NCBI GenBank assembly: GCA_036506675.1
Contig: DASXRJ010000059.1
Coordinates: 1 to 53,009 of the forward strand
Direction: 5' to 3'
DNA: 53,009 bases
Source of the DNA: Nocardioides sp.
GTDB lineage: Bacteria; Actinomycetota; Actinomycetes; Propionibacteriales; Nocardioidaceae
Shown one piece after another: positions 30,314 to 38,299 of this stretch. How positions within the stretch are numbered: position 1 is the first letter of the stretch; each line of letters opens with the position of its first letter. A program made the translations under genes and the position numbers. The notes below the pieces were generated by a model, which ran no database searches, was not told the DNA's origin, and was given only the letters and a program-made list of their open reading frames with translations.

Positions 30314-30335
30314 ACGCTAACGCGCGGCGCCGACA
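30314..30335 (-). promoter_or_regulatory. PafBC/RecA-NDp DNA-damage promoter
   Basis: Minus strand TGTCGG-cgccgcgcgt-TAGCGT, an exact TGTCGG-N10-TANNNT. Confidence 0.8.
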
Positions 30336-30378
30336 GTTGGTTCCCGGGCGTTCGGCGGCCGTGGCTACGCTGTCGGGC

Positions 30379-30867
30379 ATGGGTCTACTCGATATCCCGA
30401 TCGGCCGCCTCGACGGCAAGCCCGCCACCCTCGGCGAGATCACCGGCGGCCAGCCGGCGCTGCTCGTCAACGTGGCCTCCAAGTGCGGGCTGACGCCGCA
30501 GTACTCCGCGCTGGAGGAGCTCCACGAGAAGTACGCCGGCCGCGGGTTCACCGTGGTCGGACTGCCGTGCAACCAGTTCGGCGGACAGGAGCCCGGCACG
30601 TCGGACGAGATCGCGGAGTTCTGCTCGGCGACGTACGGCGTGACCTTCCCGATGACGGAGAAGATCGAGGTCAACGGGGCCGAGCGGCATCCGCTCTACG
30701 CGGCCCTGACCGAGACGCCCGACGAGAAGGGCAAGGCCGGCGACATCACCTGGAACTTCGAGAAGTTCCTGGTCGACGGCGAGGGCGATGTGATCGCCCG
30801 CTACAGCCCCGGCGTCGTACCCGACGACCAGCAGATCGTGGGAGCGGTCGAGCAGCTGGTCGGCTGA
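30379..30867 (+). CDS. Glutathione peroxidase family (Cys type)
   Basis: 'VNVASKCGLTPQY', 'PCNQFGGQEPG', 'WNFEKFL'. Confidence 0.95.
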   Translation: MGLLDIPIGRLDGKPATLGEITGGQPALLVNVASKCGLTPQYSALEELHEKYAGRGFTVVGLPCNQFGGQEPGTSDEIAEFCSATYGVTFPMTEKIEVNGAERHPLYAALTETPDEKGKAGDITWNFEKFLVDGEGDVIARYSPGVVPDDQQIVGAVEQLVG

Positions 30868-30880
30868 GCCGAAACCCCCA

Positions 30881-30910
30881 AGCCGCCGGCCCGCAAGCGG
30901 GTCGGCGGCT
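30881..30910. terminator. Hairpin between convergent genes
   Basis: agccgccggcccg-caag-cgggtcggcggct, 13-bp stem with one G-U pair. Confidence 0.65.
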
Positions 30911-30963
30911 CGGCCGGGGTGGGTCTGTGGGCTGGTGCTTGGTGCCGCGGTTTGGTGCGGCGG

Positions 30964-31839
30964 TTACTGCGGGTTGAAGCCGCAGATTCCGCCGTTGGCG
31001 CTGTAGATCCAGAGCGGGGCGGCCGACATCGGGTCCGGGTCGGCGACCGCGCCCGTGAACGGCGGCTGGCCGCCGGGGCTGCTCAGGCAGCTCGCGGTGT
31101 CGTACTCGGCCGGGGCACCGCCGGCCTCGAGGATGTCGCCGTCCCGGGTGACCACCCAGAAACCGCCGGTGCGGTAGTCGGTCACGATGCCGACGACGCG
31201 GTCTCCGGAGGCCACCCGGGTGGCGACCGAGCCGAAGTTGGGCGCGTCGCCCACGGGGACGATCTCGCCGAGCGCGGTGACCAGCCACCCGCCGTACTGG
31301 TCGGAGGCGGCGAAGGCGACCACGGCCGAATGCACGACCGTGTTGCGGCGCGGGCCGAGGTTGTTGGCGTCGCCGAAGCCGTAGACGCGGCCGGTCTTGG
31401 TCACGATCCAGTAGCCGGCCCCGCTGGGGGTCGTCTCGAGGGCCACGACGCCGGTCGTGGGGTAGAGGTCGCCGTAGTGAGGCGCGTAGCCGGTGGTGAC
31501 GATCCGGCCGGTCGCGGTGACGGCGTACATGCCGTCCATGGTCGAGGCGACGTCGACGAACTGGTCGGCGTCGACGCCGGGGATGCGCTCGTTGCTGCCC
31601 TTGCCGTACTCACCGTGGTAGAGCAGCGCGCCGTCCGCACAGGCCACGTAGGCCAGCGGGTGGTCGTCAGCCGGGGCCACCGCGACGTCGGGGGCGACGG
31701 CGACCTGACCGCCGTTCTCCTCGCAGGGGTCGTCGGCCCAGGCGAGGCTGGCGTTCGCGGGCGCCGGCGAGAGCGCGGACATCACGGCCGCGGTGACGGC
31801 CGTGGAAGCAAGACAGATGAGCAGCCGGCGCAGGCGCAT
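30964..31839 (-). CDS. Secreted protein with GYW/'G.V..FGDA' beta-propeller-type repeats
   Basis: RBS gaaggag; signal peptide; 'GYWIVTKTGRVYGFGDA', 'GGWLVTALGEIVPVGDA', 'GFWVVTRDGDILEAGGA'. Confidence 0.8.
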   Translation of the reverse strand: MRLRRLLICLASTAVTAAVMSALSPAPANASLAWADDPCEENGGQVAVAPDVAVAPADDHPLAYVACADGALLYHGEYGKGSNERIPGVDADQFVDVASTMDGMYAVTATGRIVTTGYAPHYGDLYPTTGVVALETTPSGAGYWIVTKTGRVYGFGDANNLGPRRNTVVHSAVVAFAASDQYGGWLVTALGEIVPVGDAPNFGSVATRVASGDRVVGIVTDYRTGGFWVVTRDGDILEAGGAPAEYDTASCLSSPGGQPPFTGAVADPDPMSAAPLWIYSANGGICGFNPQ

Positions 31840-31934
31840 GTGGCGATCTCCTTCGGGACCCTGTGGACGACGTCCGTAGGATCGCCCGCCCTCCGCCCCC
31901 GCGGCTACGGGTCTTCGGTGGCCGATCCTGGTCG

Positions 31935-31970
31935 TGGCCAAGACTGGCCAAGACTGGCCACGGCTGGCCA
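31935..31970. repeat. Four TGGCCA hexamers at exact 10-bp spacing
   Basis: tggcca-agac-tggcca-agac-tggcca-cggc-tggcca. Confidence 0.9.
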
Positions 31971-32074
31971 CAGTCCGGCCGACGGCGGCCCGGCGGGCCG
32001 CGCGGCATCGCCGTACCCGAGCGTCGTGCTCGACAAGGTTAGGTGATAACCGTCAGGGTGTCATCGTGGCCGAC

Positions 32075-33052
32075 ATGTCCGACGACCTCGCAAGCAGGCT
32101 CTACCGCCTCCTCCGTCAACACGTCGACTGGTCCGACGACCAACTGGCCGAGGCCCTGGGCGCGCTCCCGGACGGCCTCGACAAGGCTCGCGCCGAGCTC
32201 GCCCAGCTAGGTCTGGTACGACGTGTCGGCGACCGGTGGGCCGTCATCGACCCCATGCGCGCGGTCGAGAAGGTGCTCGCCGACCACGGCCGGTCCATCG
32301 CCGAGTGGTCGACCTCCGCCGGCCGGCTGGCGGCCGACGTCGAGTCGATGCTCACCCTGCTCCCGGCGCTGCGGGCCGCGGTCGACGACGCCGCGATGAA
32401 CACCGTGCTGGAGGGCAACGAGACGGCCCGGGAGTTCCTCGCGGAGCTCGGCGGCTCGCTGCAGCGCGAGCTGCTCACCGTGCACTCCGGCGGCGCCCTG
32501 CCCCAGGAGGCGATCGACGCCGCCCTGCCCCAGGACCTCGCGGTGCTCGAGCGTGGGGTCGAGGTCAAGACCATCTACCTGTCGAGTGCGGTCCGCAGCC
32601 TGCCGACGCTCGCCTACCTGGAGCGGCTGTCGGAGGCCGGCGCCCAGGTGCGGATCCGCGACACCCTGCCGTTCCGGATGGTGCTGGCCGACGGGAACAC
32701 CGCGGTCTGCTCCATGAAGTGGGCCGAGGGCCGGTCGGGGGCGGTCGTCGTACGCGGTGGTGCGTTCGTGCAGCTGCTGCGCCGGATGTTCGACTTCTGC
32801 TGGGCCGAGGCGACCCCGATGGTCCGGGCGACCGGGCGTCCACCGGGTAGCGATCCGGCCGGCCGGCTCGACGACGAGCAGCGGCTGATGCTGCGGCTGC
32901 TGGCCGACGGGCTGACCGACCAGGCGATCGCCCGCCAGCTCGGTGTCGCGCCGCGAACCTTCACCCGAAAGCTCCGGACACTGTTCGAGGAGCTGGGCAT
33001 CGAGTCGCGCTTCCAGGCCGGCGTCGAAGCGGTACGACGCGACCTCATCTGA
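32075..33052 (+). CDS. Regulator with N-terminal TrmB-like HTH, central PLD-like sensor domain and C-terminal LuxR HTH
   Basis: 'LERGVEVKTIY', 'GAQVRI...PFRMVLAD', 'LLADGLTDQAIARQLGV..RT', 'SRFQAG'. Confidence 0.85.
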   Translation: MSDDLASRLYRLLRQHVDWSDDQLAEALGALPDGLDKARAELAQLGLVRRVGDRWAVIDPMRAVEKVLADHGRSIAEWSTSAGRLAADVESMLTLLPALRAAVDDAAMNTVLEGNETAREFLAELGGSLQRELLTVHSGGALPQEAIDAALPQDLAVLERGVEVKTIYLSSAVRSLPTLAYLERLSEAGAQVRIRDTLPFRMVLADGNTAVCSMKWAEGRSGAVVVRGGAFVQLLRRMFDFCWAEATPMVRATGRPPGSDPAGRLDDEQRLMLRLLADGLTDQAIARQLGVAPRTFTRKLRTLFEELGIESRFQAGVEAVRRDLI

Positions 33053-33243
33053 GCGTGATCTCGGCGCCTTCCCGGGCGCCGACCGACCTACGGTCGACCC
33101 CGCGCGAACGCCGTCTTTACCAACTCTTTACCTACCGACCGGTCACCGTCATGGCGCCGGTCGGCCACCGGATCACGGTTCCAATCCTGCGTGCGGCCTT
33201 CCAAAGATGAATGGCACCACAACCGAATGGAAGGGACCACACA

Positions 33244-35628
33244 ATGGTCGAAATCCCAACATCAATGCGCAAGGTGGCGATGGCCTCGGCGCTCACCGGA
33301 GTGGCGGCACTGACCGTCGCCGGCTTGAGCGTCGCCGGTGCCGGAGCCACCGCGCCGACGCTGCATCAGGCGGACCCACACCCCCGGGCCCTGGCCGTGT
33401 CGGGCGCGTCGAAGTACATCGCGACCAACCGCGACGACCTCTTCGCCGGCGCCAAGGACAGGTTCATCCGCGGCCGGGTCATCTCCTCCGACGGCATGCA
33501 GTACGTGCCCTACACCCGGACCTACCGCGGGCTCCCGGTCATCGGCGGCGACTTCGTCGTCGCGACCGACAAGACCGGCGACATCGAGGCCACCTCGGTC
33601 GCGCAGGACCGGGTCATCAAGGGCCTTTCGATCACGCCCGAGCGTTCGGCCGCGAGCGGGCGGAGGCTCGCCAAGGCCCAGCTGAGCAAGGTCACCTCGA
33701 TGTCCGCGCCGCGACTCGTCGTACACGCCCTCGGCACGCCGCGGCTCGCCTGGCAGTACGACGTCGTCGGCACCCTCAACGGTGAGCCGTCGCGCCAGTC
33801 GGTGTGGATCGACTCCACCAGCGGCAAGCTGCTCGGCACCCAGGAGCACGTCGTCGCCGGCGAGGGCAACTCGGGCTACAGCGGTCCGAGCGTTGCGCTC
33901 GAGACGACGTCCGACGGCGGCACCTTCAGCCTGGCCGACCCGACGATCACCGACCTCGCGTGTCAGGACGCCGACACCGAGCAGACCTTCACCGGCCCCG
34001 ACGACACCTGGGGCGACGGCGACGCCAGCAACAAGGAGACCGGCTGCGTCGACGCACTCTTCGCCGCGCAGACCGAGACCAAGATGCTCAGCGAGTGGCT
34101 CGACCGCTTTGGCCAGGACGGCGAGGGCGGCGCCTGGCCGATCCGCGTCGGCCTCGACGACATCAACGCCTACTACGACGGCAGCCAGGTCCAGATCGGC
34201 CACAACCAGGACGGCAAGTGGATCAGCTCGCTCGACGTGGTCGCCCACGAGCTCGGTCACGGGATCGACGACCACACGCCCGGTGGGATCTCGGGCAACG
34301 GCACCCAGGAGTTCATCGCGGACACGTTCGGTGCGATGACCGAGGCGTATGCCAACGAGCCGGCCGACTACGACGAGCCGGACTTCCTGGTCGGCGAGGA
34401 GATCGACCTGGTCGGCACCGGTCCGATCCGGAACATGTACGACCCGTCCCAGGTCAACGGTGACCCGAACTGCTACTCCGACGACATCCCGGACACCGAG
34501 GTGCACTCGGCGGCCGGACCGGGCAACCACTGGTTCTACCTGCTCGCTCAGGGCAACGCGCCCGAGGGCGGTCCGGAGAGCCCGATCTGTGAGGGTGGCC
34601 CCGAGTCGGTCACGGGTCTCGGCATCGAGAACGCCAGCAAGATCCTCTACAACGCGATGCTGCTGAAGACCAGCGACTCGTCGTACCTGAAGTACCGGAC
34701 CTGGACGCTGACCGCCGCGAAGACCCTCTTCCCGGACAGCTGCACCGAGTTCGACACGGTCAAGGCCGCCTGGGGCGCCGTCAGCGTGCCGGCTCAGCCC
34801 GACGACCCGACCTGCGACGGCTCGACGCCTCCGACGCCGCCGCCGGCGTCGGACGTCGACTTCACCGGTATCGCCGCGCTCGACAACTGCTCGGCGTCCA
34901 TCATCCGGTTCGCCGACTCCGAGCCGACCGACCCGGCTCTGGGGCTCACCAACGGTCACTGCTACGAGGGCGGGATGCCCGGTCCCGGTGAGGTCGTCGT
35001 CGACCAGCCGTCCGACCGGAGCTTCACGCTGCTCGGCACCGACGGCTCCGAGATCGGGGACGTGCAGGCGAGCAAGCTGCTCTACTCTACGATGACCAAG
35101 ACCGACATCTCGCTCTACGAGCTGGGTGCGACGTACCAGGACCTAGCCGACCAGTTCGACGGCTTCCAGCCGCTGACGCTGGCCCAGGAGGCTCCGGCCG
35201 ACGGTACGGCGATCGCGGTCGTCTCCGGCTACTGGAAGAAGATCTACAGCTGCTCGGTCGACTCGACGGTCTACCAGCTCAAGGAGGCCGACTGGACCTT
35301 CGAGAACTCGATCAAGTACCTCCAGCCCGGCTGCGAGACCATCGGCGGCACCTCCGGTTCGCCGATCGTGGACGCCACCACCCACGAGGTGATCGGCGCG
35401 AACAACACCGGCAACGAGGACGGTGAGGAGTGCACCCTCAACAACCCGTGCGAGGTCGACGAGGCCGGCAACGTGACGGTTGACGAGGGCGCGGCGTACG
35501 GCCAGCAGACAGCACTGATCTACAGCTGCCTGACCGCTGACCACACGCTCGACCTGACGGTCGAGGGCTGCGAGCTCCCCGCACCGTCGAGTGTTCGCCA
35601 CCACGGACGCGGTCACCACCGCGTCTGA
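33244..35628 (+). CDS. Secreted M4 (thermolysin-like) metalloprotease fused to an S1 trypsin-like serine protease
   Basis: FTP/PepSY-type prodomain; 'NAYY', 'HELGH', 'EFIAD', 'EVHS'; Pro linker; then 'TNGHC', 'TDISLY', 'GTSGSP'. Confidence 0.88.
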   Translation: MVEIPTSMRKVAMASALTGVAALTVAGLSVAGAGATAPTLHQADPHPRALAVSGASKYIATNRDDLFAGAKDRFIRGRVISSDGMQYVPYTRTYRGLPVIGGDFVVATDKTGDIEATSVAQDRVIKGLSITPERSAASGRRLAKAQLSKVTSMSAPRLVVHALGTPRLAWQYDVVGTLNGEPSRQSVWIDSTSGKLLGTQEHVVAGEGNSGYSGPSVALETTSDGGTFSLADPTITDLACQDADTEQTFTGPDDTWGDGDASNKETGCVDALFAAQTETKMLSEWLDRFGQDGEGGAWPIRVGLDDINAYYDGSQVQIGHNQDGKWISSLDVVAHELGHGIDDHTPGGISGNGTQEFIADTFGAMTEAYANEPADYDEPDFLVGEEIDLVGTGPIRNMYDPSQVNGDPNCYSDDIPDTEVHSAAGPGNHWFYLLAQGNAPEGGPESPICEGGPESVTGLGIENASKILYNAMLLKTSDSSYLKYRTWTLTAAKTLFPDSCTEFDTVKAAWGAVSVPAQPDDPTCDGSTPPTPPPASDVDFTGIAALDNCSASIIRFADSEPTDPALGLTNGHCYEGGMPGPGEVVVDQPSDRSFTLLGTDGSEIGDVQASKLLYSTMTKTDISLYELGATYQDLADQFDGFQPLTLAQEAPADGTAIAVVSGYWKKIYSCSVDSTVYQLKEADWTFENSIKYLQPGCETIGGTSGSPIVDATTHEVIGANNTGNEDGEECTLNNPCEVDEAGNVTVDEGAAYGQQTALIYSCLTADHTLDLTVEGCELPAPSSVRHHGRGHHRV

Positions 35629-35645
35629 CACAGACCGCGACGGAA

Positions 35646-35710
35646 CCCCTAGCCCGTCGCGATTGGGGGCCGGCCGATCTCAGGTCGGCCCCCATGGTCA
35701 TTTCTAGGGG
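35646..35710. terminator. Long hairpin between the convergent protease and recQ genes
   Basis: Inner stem tgggggccggcc/ggtcggccccca (35664-35694); outer stem cccctag/ctagggg. Confidence 0.6.
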
Positions 35711-35732
35711 ACCACTTCTTGGTGGGCCGTTT

Positions 35733-35765
35733 TCGCCACTTCGCGGGGCCAAACTTGCCACTTCG
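35733..35765. repeat. Second locus of the 22-bp repeat (1.5 copies)
   Basis: tcgccacttcgcggggccaaac-ttgccacttcg; first unit identical to 12345-12366. Confidence 0.9.
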
Positions 35766-35771
35766 GCGGGT

Positions 35772-37925
35772 TTAGGTCTGGGTGCCGAGGGCCAGGGGGA
35801 GTACGGCGGTCGCACCGGACTGGCGGATGGCGCGGCCGGCGAGCGTCATCGTCCAGCCGGTGGCGACCAGGTCGTCGAGCAGCAGCACCGGACCGGCCGG
35901 GATCTCACCCTCCAGCGCGAACCGCCGCCCGACCGCGGCCACCCGCTGGGCCGAGTTGGCGGCGCCCTGTTCGGGGGCGACCGACGGGTCGACGATCGAC
36001 CACCGGCCCACCACCGGGAGCCTGAGGTAGCGCGAGAGTCCGTCGGCGAAGTCGCGGGTGAGGGTCGGCCGGCGGGCGGACTCGACGTACACGATGCCCT
36101 GGGCGCCCTCGACTTCCGGCCGCCACTCGCCGAGCACCTCGATCACCGCTCGTACCAGCGGGACCGGCACCGGTCCGTCGGGCGTGCCCTCGCGGAACAG
36201 GTCGCGCAGCGCCTGTCCGTGCCCCAGGTCGGTCAGCCGCGCCACCGCTCGACCGTCGGACGGCCCGTCGGCGATCTTGCCCTTGAGATCCACGCCGAGG
36301 TTGGCCAGCGCGGTCGGCCACATCTTGCGCTGGCTCACTACCACGCCCGGCCGGGCCAGCCGTTGGTCGGCCGCGGTGACGGCCGCCTCGCTGACGGCGG
36401 TGTCGAGCGTGAGCGAGCCGCAGTTGTCGCAGCGCCCGCACTCCTTGGCGGCCGGGTCGTCGAGCTGGTCGCGCAGGAACCACATCCGGCACCGGTCGGT
36501 CGCCAGGTAGTCGAGCATCGCCTGCTGCTCCACCGCCCGGGCCTCGGCGACGCGCCGGTAGCGCTCGGCGTCGTACTCCCAGGGGCGGCCGGTCGCCTCC
36601 CAGCCACCCTGGACCCGGCGTACGGCGCCGTCGACGTCGAGCACCTTGAGCATCGACTCGAGCCGGTTGCGGCCGAGGTCGACGTAGGTCTCCAGGGTGG
36701 CCGTGCTGAGCGGCCGGGCCTCGCCCTCGAGCACCGAAAGGGTCTGCCGGACCTGGCCCTCGGGCGGGAAGCCGAGCGAGGCGAAGTACTTCCAGATGTC
36801 GCGGTCCTCCAGCGCCGGCAGGAGTACGACGGTCGCGCGGTCGGTGCCGCGGCCGGCCCGGCCGACCTGCTGGTAGTAGGCGACCGGCGACTGCGGCGCC
36901 CCCATGTTGACCACGAAGCCGAGCGTCGCGTCGAAGCCCATCCCGAGCGCACTGGTCGCCACCAGCGCCTTGACCCGCCCGGCGGCCAGGTCGGCCTCCA
37001 GCGCCTCGCGCTCGGTCGGGTCGGTCTGCCCGGAGTACGCCGCCACGGTGTGCCCGCGGGCGCGCAGGTACTCGGCGATCTCCTGGGTCGCCGCCACGGT
37101 CAGGCAGTAGACGATCCCGCTGCCCTCGAACTCACCCAGGTGGTCGGCCAGCCACCCCAGCCGCTGCTGCGCCGTCTTGAGCCGCACCACGCCCAGATGC
37201 AGCGACTCCCGGTCGAGCTCGCCGCGCAGCACCAGCACCTCGGTGTCGGGCGCGGGCCGGTGGCCGGGGGCGAGCTGGTCGAGGGGGTCTTGGCTGGGTG
37301 CACCGCCGAGCTGTTCGGCGACGTCCTTGGTCACCCGCGCGTTGGCGGTCGCGGTCGTCGCCAGCACCGGGATGCCCTCGGGCAGGTCGGCCAGCATGGT
37401 CCGGATCCGCCGGTAGTCGGGCCGGAAGTCGTGGCCCCAGTCGGAGATGCAGTGCGCCTCGTCGATCACCAGCAGGCCCGCCTCGGCCGCCAGCCTCGGG
37501 AGTACGGCGTCGCGGAAGCCGGGGTTGTTGAGCCGCTCCGGACTCACCAGCAGTACGTCGACCTCGCCCGCCTCGATCTGCTCGTGGATCGGCTGCCACT
37601 GCTCGATGTTGGTCGAGTTGATCGTCACCGCCCGGATGCCGGCGCGCTGGGCGGCCTCGATCTGGTTGCGCATCAGCGCCAGCAGCGGCGAGATGATCAC
37701 CGTCGGCCCGGCGCCCTGCTCGCGCAGCAGCAGCGTCGCCACGAAGTAGACCGCCGACTTGCCCCACCCGGTCCGCTGCACCACGAGCGCCCGCCGCTTG
37801 TCGACGGCCAGCGCCTCGATGGCGGTCCACTGGTCATCGCGGAGTACGGCGTCGTCGCGCCCCACCAGCGCCCGGAGATGGGTCTCGGCGGTGTCGCGGA
37901 CGGAGCGTCGTACCTCTGTTGCCAT
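35772..37925 (-). CDS. recQ: RecQ-family helicase with C-terminal PRTase-like domain (RqlH-type)
   Basis: 'TGWGKS', 'DEAHCISDWGHDFRP', 'QVGRAGR', 'CGRCDNC'; 'VLLLDDLVATGWT'. Confidence 0.93.
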   Translation of the reverse strand: MATEVRRSVRDTAETHLRALVGRDDAVLRDDQWTAIEALAVDKRRALVVQRTGWGKSAVYFVATLLLREQGAGPTVIISPLLALMRNQIEAAQRAGIRAVTINSTNIEQWQPIHEQIEAGEVDVLLVSPERLNNPGFRDAVLPRLAAEAGLLVIDEAHCISDWGHDFRPDYRRIRTMLADLPEGIPVLATTATANARVTKDVAEQLGGAPSQDPLDQLAPGHRPAPDTEVLVLRGELDRESLHLGVVRLKTAQQRLGWLADHLGEFEGSGIVYCLTVAATQEIAEYLRARGHTVAAYSGQTDPTEREALEADLAAGRVKALVATSALGMGFDATLGFVVNMGAPQSPVAYYQQVGRAGRGTDRATVVLLPALEDRDIWKYFASLGFPPEGQVRQTLSVLEGEARPLSTATLETYVDLGRNRLESMLKVLDVDGAVRRVQGGWEATGRPWEYDAERYRRVAEARAVEQQAMLDYLATDRCRMWFLRDQLDDPAAKECGRCDNCGSLTLDTAVSEAAVTAADQRLARPGVVVSQRKMWPTALANLGVDLKGKIADGPSDGRAVARLTDLGHGQALRDLFREGTPDGPVPVPLVRAVIEVLGEWRPEVEGAQGIVYVESARRPTLTRDFADGLSRYLRLPVVGRWSIVDPSVAPEQGAANSAQRVAAVGRRFALEGEIPAGPVLLLDDLVATGWTMTLAGRAIRQSGATAVLPLALGTQT

Positions 37926-37932
37926 GCCGACC

Positions 37933-37954
37933 TGTCTACCAGTGCCCGGCGACA
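37933..37954 (-). promoter_or_regulatory. PafBC-type promoter variant, leaderless
   Basis: Minus strand TGTCGC-N10-TAGACA, 7 nt before ATG. Confidence 0.6.
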
Positions 37955-38191
37955 GCCCGGACCCGTCGTCCACAGGGTCAGTCGGAGACGGCGCCGTCAG
38001 ATGGCTAGTGGTGGCGCGGTGGGCCGTCGGTACGTAGGGGCAGTAGCGCGAGATGCCACGCAACACACCGACGGAGTCGGCGCAGCCACCGGCGTGTCGC
38101 GCCGTACTGCCTGTTTGAACCGACAGCTCGCGTCGCGCTCTGCGCCGTGCCGCTGGACCAGCCGCCCGAACCCGCCCAATCACGTACCGCC

Positions 38192-38286
38192 GCAGTCCCT
38201 GGGCGGGTGCTTGTCAGGGAGTGCTGACGGTTGTCAGGTGTTGCAGTCCCTGACAACCGACAGTTTCCCCGGATATCCGGGGAAAC
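38192..38286. repeat. Cluster of inverted repeats including a perfect 24-bp palindrome
   Basis: cggttgtcagg/cctgacaaccg (38228-38259); gtttccccggatatccggggaaac (38263-38286); gcagtccctg at 38192 and 38243. Confidence 0.85.
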
Positions 38287-38299
38287 CGACAACCCCGCA

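Noticed and set aside
30379-30867. Selenocysteine glutathione peroxidase
   Set aside because: The active-site codon is TGC (Cys) and there is no in-frame TGA.
37997-38179. 60-aa ORF in the recQ-M13 gap
   Set aside because: It has a TTG start, no RBS, atypical codon usage and no recognisable motif.
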